A stretch of 64,000 nt of DNA from an uncultured virus (IMG/VR IMGVR_UViG_3300009155_000060) (Duplodnaviria > Heunggongvirae > Uroviricota > Caudoviricetes): the IMG/VR virus record IMGVR_UViG_3300009155_000060. One strand, given 5' to 3'. The notes below the pieces were generated by a model. It was not told the origin of the DNA, made no database searches, and saw only the letters and a program-made list of their open reading frames with translations. Made by a program: the position numbers and the translations under genes. Of this stretch, positions 56,943-64,000 are shown in pieces (positions within the stretch are counted from its first letter, which is position 1; each line of letters starts with the position of its first letter).

Positions 56943-58142
56943 ATGGATATCGAATCTTTAATTCTTTTTCTTTCTCATAACGTCATGGTTAATAACATGA
57001 CCACTTGGGATTTCAATTTGGTTAGTAGTTTTAGCGATCAAATCAGTCAAGGGAAAGCCTTGACTCAGAAACAGGCCAATATTGCAGTAAAAATTTTAAA
57101 AAAACATGTTATTGCAATGAGTTCTGCATTATCAAAAGATATTATGCCATATTTGAATACTCCGGTATTTAGATACCCCATAAGAATTGCAAATTCTACA
57201 AAAAAAATATCAATTGCCCAGCATAAAGATCATGGAAAAATTATAAAAGTGGAATTTCCGTTCGATGATAGTATTATTACCAAAATTCGATCAGCAAAAT
57301 CTCAATTAAATTTAGCAATTTGGGATGCGGAAGAAAAATATTGGATTTTTTCTGTTGATGCAAAAAATATTGATTTTTTATCTGTCTTGGGCACTGAGAA
57401 AAAATTTGAATTTTGTGAAGAATTTGCAAATTACGCTGAACGGGTAGAAGAAATCAAAAAAAATGTTGAAAAATATGTGCCCATGGTTGTGATTGAAAAT
57501 GAAAAATATAAATTTATCAACATTCCTCCTTCTGTTCCTCAGCTCGATTCTAAAAATTTAACGGAATCACTATTTTTGGCAAGAAAACTGGGGATCTTTA
57601 CCTGGTCAGATGCAGTTGAACAACAACTGCAAAGTATTGACATCGACCCTCTGGTTAGAAAATTTTTAAAATATGATACCAAAGATCATTTTATTCTCAG
57701 CCTGGAAGAAAATACTGTTTATTGTCTAAAAAAACTGCTAAAATACCTTACCCCCTGTATTTTCTTTATTCCAGGTGGTCGAGAATTTGACGTCACAGAA
57801 CAAGTTATTGATATTTTACGAAGCATGGACATTAAGGAAGAAGAGATCTCGGTGCTTTTTAGGCTACCATCAGAACACGGTAAAGAATTTAATGATTACG
57901 TGCGAGAAAATGGACTAAATTCACCGCTAACAGCAAAAACTCGTGCAGTACTGATCAGTCAGAAAATCCCCAAACCAGTGATCCAGTCAAAAATTCATTT
58001 TCATTGCGTTGTAAATTTCAGCAACTTTCAAACACATTATTCATCTAGAGATTTTTTGAACACACAGTCAAATATTATTGAAGTTTGGGATAAAACTCCT
58101 AAATCAAACGTTCTAAAAGAAATTAATTTTTGGGAATTATGA
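56943..58142 (+). CDS. Hypothetical protein upstream of the helicase
   Basis: 399-aa AT-rich ORF; ATGA-coupled to uvsW. Confidence 0.7.
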   Translation: MDIESLILFLSHNVMVNNMTTWDFNLVSSFSDQISQGKALTQKQANIAVKILKKHVIAMSSALSKDIMPYLNTPVFRYPIRIANSTKKISIAQHKDHGKIIKVEFPFDDSIITKIRSAKSQLNLAIWDAEEKYWIFSVDAKNIDFLSVLGTEKKFEFCEEFANYAERVEEIKKNVEKYVPMVVIENEKYKFINIPPSVPQLDSKNLTESLFLARKLGIFTWSDAVEQQLQSIDIDPLVRKFLKYDTKDHFILSLEENTVYCLKKLLKYLTPCIFFIPGGREFDVTEQVIDILRSMDIKEEEISVLFRLPSEHGKEFNDYVRENGLNSPLTAKTRAVLISQKIPKPVIQSKIHFHCVVNFSNFQTHYSSRDFLNTQSNIIEVWDKTPKSNVLKEINFWEL

Positions 58143-59596
58143 GCAAAACAGCACATCTTAAAATACTTGATGAAGTCAATTGTAAATTTCTAAATTTAGA
58201 TTTAGACACTCGCAAGGCGTTGGTTAAAAAATTCAAGTATGAGGACCCTACGGCCAGATATAGGCCCAGTTATCGACTAGGAAGATGGGATGGCAGCATC
58301 AACTTTTTTGGTCTAGGTGGAACCACCTATATCAGTATGCTGGAACAGGCTCTGTCGTTCCTTGAAGAACGTAATTACTATATTGAGGTAGAAGATCTAA
58401 GGACCAGTCCTCCCCTAGAATTCACCAAAATTTCTGAAGATTTTTGGGGAGATTTAGCCTGGCCTAAAGGACACGTAATGGAGGGGAAACCAATCCGATT
58501 ACGTGATTATCAATGTACTGTGATCAATAATTTTTTAGATAATCCACAATGTCTGCAGGAAGTGGCCACCGGTGCAGGCAAAACTATTATTACCGCAACA
58601 TTGGCAAAAATCTGTGAAAAATATGGTCGAACTATAACCATTGTGCCCAACAAAAGTCTTGTGGAACAGACCGAAGAAGATTTTATCAACTGCCAATTAG
58701 ACGTAGGTGTTTATTATGGGGACCGTAAAGATCTCAATCGAACACATACTATTTGCACCTGGCAAAGCCTAAATATTTTAGACAAAAAATCGCATGATGA
58801 TACAGAATTATTAACACTAGCAGAATTTTTAGATGGCGTTCAAACTGTGGTAGTTGATGAAGTTCATATGGCCAAAGCCGATGTACTAAAAAAACTACTG
58901 ACACAAAATCTAAGCCAGGCTCCAATTCGTTGGGGGTTAACTGGAACCATACCTAAAGCCGAGCATGAGTATCAAGCACTACGGGCCAGCCTAGGAGATG
59001 TGATAAATCGTGTCAGTGCCTATGACCTACAACAACGCGGCGTCCTTAGTGATTGTCATGTAAATATTGTGCAGACCGCTGAATGGAAAGAATTTGGGGG
59101 CTACCAAGAAGAATTGAAATATTTGGTTACTGATGAAAACAGAATGACCTATATTGCCAATATGATCAAGAAGATTACTGAGTCAGGAAATACCCTGGTA
59201 TTGGTAGATAGAATTGAAAGTGGCAAATTTCTCATTGAACAGATCCCGGATGGAGTATTTGTATCAGGGGAAGTTAAAACTAAGGATAGGAAAGAAGAAT
59301 ATGATGAAATCAAAACTGCCGATAATAAACTTATCGTGGCCACTTATGGCGTTGCTGCCGTTGGGATTAATATCCCCAGGATTTTTAATTTGGTCTTGCT
59401 GGAACCAGGAAAAAGTTTTGTCCGAGTTATTCAAAGCATTGGACGAGGAATTAGGAAAGCAGACGACAAAGACAGTGTCCAAATCTGGGACATAACCGCA
59501 GCTACCAAATACGCCAAAAGACATCTTACAGAACGCAAGAAATTTTATAAAGATGCTCACTATCCATTTACAATAGAAAAGGTAAAATACCAATAA
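58139..59596 (+). CDS. uvsW: SF2 DNA helicase, UvsW-like
   Basis: LRDYQ, ATGAGKT, DEVH, GLTGT, GINIPRI and QSIGRGIR. Confidence 0.92.
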   Translation: MSKTAHLKILDEVNCKFLNLDLDTRKALVKKFKYEDPTARYRPSYRLGRWDGSINFFGLGGTTYISMLEQALSFLEERNYYIEVEDLRTSPPLEFTKISEDFWGDLAWPKGHVMEGKPIRLRDYQCTVINNFLDNPQCLQEVATGAGKTIITATLAKICEKYGRTITIVPNKSLVEQTEEDFINCQLDVGVYYGDRKDLNRTHTICTWQSLNILDKKSHDDTELLTLAEFLDGVQTVVVDEVHMAKADVLKKLLTQNLSQAPIRWGLTGTIPKAEHEYQALRASLGDVINRVSAYDLQQRGVLSDCHVNIVQTAEWKEFGGYQEELKYLVTDENRMTYIANMIKKITESGNTLVLVDRIESGKFLIEQIPDGVFVSGEVKTKDRKEEYDEIKTADNKLIVATYGVAAVGINIPRIFNLVLLEPGKSFVRVIQSIGRGIRKADDKDSVQIWDITAATKYAKRHLTERKKFYKDAHYPFTIEKVKYQ

Positions 59597-60099
59597 TGCA
59601 GATACTTACGCTTGAAGACCGAATGTTCAGTCTAAATGAACTACCTGAAGAAATAGAACATGACCTGAGATTTGCTGTGCTAGACAATAGCGACAGTAGC
59701 AATCCTGACTATTTTTTTGTTCCTTTGATTTTTTTAGAAAGTTTTACAGGACCCGCTGTGGTATTAAAAATCGGACCACATGAAATTACCATGCCACTAG
59801 ATTGGTGTACTATTGTAGGAGATACTGAAGGGCTTGAAATGGAAGTGCTGCCTTTGACTAGCCTTAACGACAGAGGATTCAAAACATTCTGCTTTAATCC
59901 ATTGAGCAGTTATCGTCCAGAATTTTTAGATATTGATATTGTTGATGTATATCAAGATGTCAAATGGTATTTCCCCAAAATGAAACCTGGCCAACTTCTT
60001 TGCACTCCCTTACATGAAGGAGACAATCCTCTCTGTGCCTATTTTGTCAAAGAAGTCAGCCGTCAAAGTGAATTGATCAGTTATACACAGGCTTGGTAA
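59596..60099 (+). CDS. Hypothetical protein, possibly a stand-alone Hint-like fold
   Basis: 167 aa; TAATG-coupled to uvsW; see findings. Confidence 0.65.
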   Translation: MQILTLEDRMFSLNELPEEIEHDLRFAVLDNSDSSNPDYFFVPLIFLESFTGPAVVLKIGPHEITMPLDWCTIVGDTEGLEMEVLPLTSLNDRGFKTFCFNPLSSYRPEFLDIDIVDVYQDVKWYFPKMKPGQLLCTPLHEGDNPLCAYFVKEVSRQSELISYTQAW

Positions 60100-60101
60100 A
60101 A

Positions 60102-60296
60102 ATGATCTATGCTCATAAATCTCAAGATGCTAGTGTAAGCCTACGAAGAGAAAATTTAATCGAGGAGATTAGAGAAAATCAACTATGGGGTAATATTCAT
60201 CGAGCAGCCCTTACCAATCCTGCTTTACAAGAAGCCTTAGAGCGTGTTAAAATAATATACTACCTGAGTAAAGACAATGGCCGCAGCAAAACCTAA
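60102..60296 (+). CDS. Small hypothetical protein
   Basis: Fills the gap between neighbours; LWGNIHRAA.TNPALQEALERV. Confidence 0.6.
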   Translation: MIYAHKSQDASVSLRRENLIEEIRENQLWGNIHRAALTNPALQEALERVKIIYYLSKDNGRSKT

Positions 60297-60759
60297 AAAG
60301 AAAAGAGAACTAGACCTCAATAGGGTGTTGTCTGCGATTGACTATAAAAATTATGATTTTTACAATTCATTGAATGAGAAAGAACTTAAAGAATTCAGCC
60401 CTTATGCACTGATGAGTTTTTCCAGTAATAGGTCTCATAATATTCCAGATGTAGAAGAATGGTATGTTGAGACTACCAATGAATTTGTGAATAAAAATCA
60501 CTGGCAATTTGGGTCACGTCATAAAGAACTATTGTGGAAATTGTATGCAGCAACAGGAACCGGAGAGAAAACGGCCTATCAATATCTCAAACCATTAACA
60601 GTTGGCATTGATCGTTTTGAAAAATTACTGTGTGATCTTTATCCTGCCTGGAAAATTGAAGATGTTAAATTACTAGCCAGTTTAATGACTCGAGAAGACC
60701 GACATGATCTGTTTGACAAAATGGGATTTGATGCAAAAGAAAGAAAAGAGTATGAGTAA
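60277..60759 (+). CDS. Possible clamp-loader small subunit (gp62-like)
   Basis: L..VL.AID.K..., FSPYALM..., NEFVN...H..L.W pattern is reminiscent of gp62; resemblance is weak. Confidence 0.4.
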   Translation: MAAAKPKKKRELDLNRVLSAIDYKNYDFYNSLNEKELKEFSPYALMSFSSNRSHNIPDVEEWYVETTNEFVNKNHWQFGSRHKELLWKLYAATGTGEKTAYQYLKPLTVGIDRFEKLLCDLYPAWKIEDVKLLASLMTREDRHDLFDKMGFDAKERKEYE

Positions 60760-61450
60760 ACTGCTGTTGGCTCAACCCTTCAAATGTATGCATTGCGATA
60801 AAAGTTTTATGAAAGAAAAAACTTCGCTGGCTCATATGTGTGAAAGAAAAAGGCGTGCCTTGCAGGAAAAAGAAAAACGTGTGCAGGCCGGATTTGTGGC
60901 ATTTAATAGATTTTGGAAATTGACACAAGGTGCTAAAAAATCCAAGACCTACGAGGAATTCTGTGATAGCAGTTATTACAATGCCTTTGTAAAATTTGGC
61001 AGTTTCGTTAACAACGTAGATCCTCTTTATCCAGATAGATTTGTTGACTATGTAATCAAAAGCGGTATAAAATTAGATCATTGGTGTCGTGATGAATTGT
61101 ATGATCGGTACCTCTATGAAATGATCAAACTGGAATCTGTGGAAGATGCTGTTCGAAGAAGTCTGCAGACCATGATGGAATGGGGTGATGAACACAACGC
61201 AAATTTTGCACATTATTTTAATTATGTAAGCCTGAGCCGAGCAGTACATGATATCAAGAATGGTAAAATTACTGCATGGCTTATTTTAAATAGCCAATCG
61301 GGAAAAAACATGATCAGTAAAATGAGCGATGAGCAACTGGATATGATTGCTCCGGCGTTTGATATTCAATTTTGGTTAAAGAAATTTAAGGAAACTCCGG
61401 CAGACGTTGCCCTAGTAAAAGAAATTGTTGAAGAGGTAGGAATAGAATGA
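60752..61450 (+). CDS. Hypothetical protein with an N-terminal C2HC zinc finger
   Basis: FKCMHCDKSF......AHMC; start at ATG 60752. Confidence 0.7.
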   Translation: MSKLLLAQPFKCMHCDKSFMKEKTSLAHMCERKRRALQEKEKRVQAGFVAFNRFWKLTQGAKKSKTYEEFCDSSYYNAFVKFGSFVNNVDPLYPDRFVDYVIKSGIKLDHWCRDELYDRYLYEMIKLESVEDAVRRSLQTMMEWGDEHNANFAHYFNYVSLSRAVHDIKNGKITAWLILNSQSGKNMISKMSDEQLDMIAPAFDIQFWLKKFKETPADVALVKEIVEEVGIE

Positions 61451-61803
61451 GACTAGATGGGTTTGTAGAAAAGGGGTGGGGATATGAAAATATATGGGCC
61501 ACTAACGACAAGTACTGCGGCAAATTGATGAAATTCAATACTGGTGCTCAATTCAGTATGCATTTTCATTCAGCGAAAGATGAAACCTGGTATGTGTTAG
61601 ATGGTAAATTCACTGTGAGATTCATAGATACTACTACCGCTAAAATCAGTGAGCTATTACTGAATCCTGGAGATGTTTGGCACAATCCTCCGCTGCTGCC
61701 CCATCAACTGTATTGTATAGAAGAAGGAACTATCATCGAATTAAGCACCGCTGATAGTGTTGAAGACAACTATCGAGTCCTGCCAGGAGACAGTCAACGA
61801 TGA
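61447..61803 (+). CDS. Cupin (sugar isomerase-like)
   Basis: KGWGYE, SMHFH..KDETWYVL.G and L.PGD......PH...IELST. Confidence 0.82.
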   Translation: MRLDGFVEKGWGYENIWATNDKYCGKLMKFNTGAQFSMHFHSAKDETWYVLDGKFTVRFIDTTTAKISELLLNPGDVWHNPPLLPHQLYCIEEGTIIELSTADSVEDNYRVLPGDSQR

Positions 61804-62201
61804 ACACAAAAGTATTTGTTAACGGCACCTTTGACATACTGCACATAGGTCATTTAGCACTTCTAGAATATGCATTCAGTCACGGGGAAAAGTTGACAGT
61901 TGCCATAGACAGTGATCGTCGTATTCGTGAATTGAAAGGGATCGATAGACCCATAAACAACCAGCAAGACCGTAAAACCATGTTAGAATGTCTGTATATG
62001 GTTGACGAGGTATATGTTTTTGACACCGACGAAGAATTAGTAGAATTGATCAAACAACACTGTGATATAATGGTCAAAGGCAGTGATTATCAAGGACGAC
62101 CTATTATAGGTTCAGAATATTGCAAAGAAATAAAATTTTATGAACGAATTGAAAAATACTCAACCACAGAAATCATTCAACGTATTGCTAATCGGCGATA
62201 G
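61800..62201 (+). CDS. Sugar-phosphate nucleotidyltransferase (HldE/RfaE domain II-like)
   Basis: NGTFDILHIGH, DSD..IRELKG.DRPIN, VKGSDY and YSTTEII. Confidence 0.88.
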   Translation: MNTKVFVNGTFDILHIGHLALLEYAFSHGEKLTVAIDSDRRIRELKGIDRPINNQQDRKTMLECLYMVDEVYVFDTDEELVELIKQHCDIMVKGSDYQGRPIIGSEYCKEIKFYERIEKYSTTEIIQRIANRR

Positions 62202-62910
62202 TTGTATTGATGAATATTTCATAGGTACCTGTGACAGACTTAGTCCTGAAGCACCTGTACCTGTTATGAAAATCAACAATCACTATACCACTCAAGGTAT
62301 GGCTTCTAATGTGAAGAATAATTTTGCTAGTCTGGGAATAGAGGTTGATTTTATCACTAATGAGTCAGCAATTACCAAGACTAGATATATTGATCAAAGA
62401 TCGGGGCAACATCTGTTAAGGGTAGATGACGAACCTTACCTTCCAGAATGGTCTGGCCATATTACACATCCTTTGACAAATTATGATGTTGTAGTAATTT
62501 CAGATTATGACAAAGGTTTTATCACCTACGAACACGTAGAAATCATTATCAAAGAATGTCATTGCCCTGTATTCATCGACAGTAAAAAAACTAACCTAGC
62601 CAGATTCGAAGGAGCATTTGTAAAAATCAACAACAAAGAATTCAGTCTGGCCAAAACATTTTGCTCAAACATAATTACAACCATGGGAGATCAAGGTGCC
62701 AGATATAATGGTAAAATTTACCCAGCACCTAAGGTAGGACTGGTAGATGTCTGCGGAGCGGGAGATACTTTTTTGGCAGCATTGGTATACCAATATCTAA
62801 TGACTTCTAGCGTAGAAGAAGCTATACTGTTTGCCAACAAGGCGGGAGCTGTGTCTGTTCAACATCAGGGAAACTACTCCCCTAGACTAGAAGAAATAAA
62901 TGGATATTGA
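62140..62910 (+). CDS. PfkB-family sugar kinase (HldE/RfaE domain I-like)
   Basis: RLSPEAPVPV, KTRY, LLRVD, ISDYDKG, DVCGAGDTFLA and ANKAG. Confidence 0.9.
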   Translation: MNELKNTQPQKSFNVLLIGDSCIDEYFIGTCDRLSPEAPVPVMKINNHYTTQGMASNVKNNFASLGIEVDFITNESAITKTRYIDQRSGQHLLRVDDEPYLPEWSGHITHPLTNYDVVVISDYDKGFITYEHVEIIIKECHCPVFIDSKKTNLARFEGAFVKINNKEFSLAKTFCSNIITTMGDQGARYNGKIYPAPKVGLVDVCGAGDTFLAALVYQYLMTSSVEEAILFANKAGAVSVQHQGNYSPRLEEINGY

Positions 62911-63475
62911 TTTAGATTTTGCGGACAGATCAAAAATACTTGACATTGTTCAGCATGTCCCTGCTTCCAGATTAGAAGATGGTGTTTTTAAAAAACACAA
63001 TACAGGAGTCTATTGCCATACCATTCCCTACAACCCTATTACTGGGCTCAGCAACATTGACTATAAAACGGCAGAAGGTAGAGGATACTTTAAGATAGAT
63101 TTCCTCAATGTCAGTGTCTACCGAGATGTTAAAGACAATCAACACCTTGAACAATTGATGTCAACTGAGCCTTTATGGGATCTATTAGAACAAGACGAAT
63201 TTGTCGATCTCCTATTTCACGTCAATGGTCATGGATCGACTTTACGACAAATGAAACCAAGAAACATAGAACAATTAGCTGCCGTACTGGCTATGATCAG
63301 ACCAGGAAAAAAACATCTGATCGGTCAAGATTGGAACAGTGTGATGAAGGAAATTTGGATCAAACCAACGGGTGATGAATACTACTTTAAAAAGGCTCAT
63401 GCCATCTCCTACGCTATGGTAGTCATGGTACATATGAATCTTATCTGCGAGTCACTCAGCTACGAGTATTCTTAA
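62900..63475 (+). CDS. Minimal DNA polymerase III alpha (DnaE)-like protein
   Basis: DIDLDF, KHNTGVY, GYFKIDFL, LAMIRPG and FKKAHAISYA occur in DnaE order. Confidence 0.8.
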   Translation: MDIDLDFADRSKILDIVQHVPASRLEDGVFKKHNTGVYCHTIPYNPITGLSNIDYKTAEGRGYFKIDFLNVSVYRDVKDNQHLEQLMSTEPLWDLLEQDEFVDLLFHVNGHGSTLRQMKPRNIEQLAAVLAMIRPGKKHLIGQDWNSVMKEIWIKPTGDEYYFKKAHAISYAMVVMVHMNLICESLSYEYS

Positions 63476-63843
63476 AGACCTTTAAGATTTCTAACCAGCT
63501 GAATGCTTTTTCTTTTAATTCGTTTTTCAGCAATCTCGCTGAGATTAATTGTGGGCCCAAATATAATTTTAGTGTCTTTAGAATTAAAAGTCTTAATGTA
63601 AGTACGAAATGCAATCATTTCTTTTTTTAAAAATATATTAATAGGTATTTTACGATTGCTTTCCCACCACCAAACTTCGCCTAGCTCTAATAATAATTTT
63701 CTAGTGTCTTCGTCTATGATCATTCCTAGGTCATAGATACTGGTCACATATGAATCGGCATTAAGTATGATTCCTACATACTCTTTTTCGTTTGACTTGA
63801 CGCACGATATAAAGGGAAAGTTAACTTGAAATTGATCTTTCAT
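63472..63843 (-). CDS. Hypothetical protein
   Basis: 123 aa with WWWESNRKIPINIFL; stop overlaps the stop of the convergent gene. Confidence 0.7.
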   Translation of the reverse strand: MKDQFQVNFPFISCVKSNEKEYVGIILNADSYVTSIYDLGMIIDEDTRKLLLELGEVWWWESNRKIPINIFLKKEMIAFRTYIKTFNSKDTKIIFGPTINLSEIAEKRIKRKSIQLVRNLKGL

Positions 63844-63865
63844 CCAGGGTTCAATAAATATTAGT

Positions 63866-64000
63866 ATGCAAAAATTACCAATCTATTTATATCAGAATAT
63901 TCTCAATGTAATTTTAGACAGAGATGCCACTGTTAAGGGAGTTAACCAGGTCATGTATCAACGAGATCTCATTATACAAAAAGGTATTAAAAATCAAGTT
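63866..64000 (+). CDS. 5' part of a late gene running off the window (MQKLPIYLYQN...)
   Basis: TAAATA 63855-63860, 5 nt, then ATG; frame is open to the window end. Not in the supplied ORF track. Confidence 0.7.
   Translation, partial: MQKLPIYLYQNILNVILDRDATVKGVNQVMYQRDLIIQKGIKNQV

Noticed and set aside
804..63375. Numerous 60-160 aa antisense or overlapping ORFs in the supplied track
   Set aside because: They shadow well-supported genes with biased codon usage and show no motifs or initiation signals.
1..64000. Stop-codon reassignment, tRNAs, introns or inteins in core genes
   Set aside because: Genes are full length under the standard code with TAA, TGA and TAG all used as stops; no cloverleaf was recognised; terminase, helicase and recombinase are uninterrupted.

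Overview
A 64-kb, gene-dense, AT-rich segment of a large T4-like (myovirus-type) phage genome, read with the standard genetic code. It has five regions. (1) Head module, 0.5-6.6 kb: portal gp20, acidic core protein, protease gp21, scaffold gp22 and major capsid gp23. (2) A ~25-kb block of very Ser/Thr/Gly-rich fibre/adhesin genes built from shuffled modules: beta-helix, helical KCxRD repeats, hexapeptide array, three 7-bladed propellers, Ig and Gly/Cys-rich domains. (3) A late modification cassette, 32-37.5 kb: two 2OG-Fe(II) oxygenases, a GT9-like transferase, a carbamoyltransferase and a GT2-like transferase. (4) Neck, tail and packaging genes: gp15/14/13, dNMP kinase, sheath, tube, gp4 and terminase. 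(5) A recombination/replication block (gp32, UvsX, UvsY, UvsW) ending in a split HldE-like sugar kinase/nucleotidyltransferase pair and a 191-aa minimal DnaE-like polymerase. No tRNA, rRNA, CRISPR array or transposon was recognised. The most notable observations are: a near-systematic TAAATA-N5-ATG arrangement implying leaderless late mRNAs; a 16-bp in-frame direct repeat (GVAEG) delimiting apparent cassettes in a probable head polyprotein; a possible phage-encoded heptose glycosylation system for the virion; phycobiliprotein-like CxRD repeats in a tailspike; a stand-alone Hint-like protein; and the mini family-C polymerase. All functional calls come from motif recognition by eye; no database searches were run.
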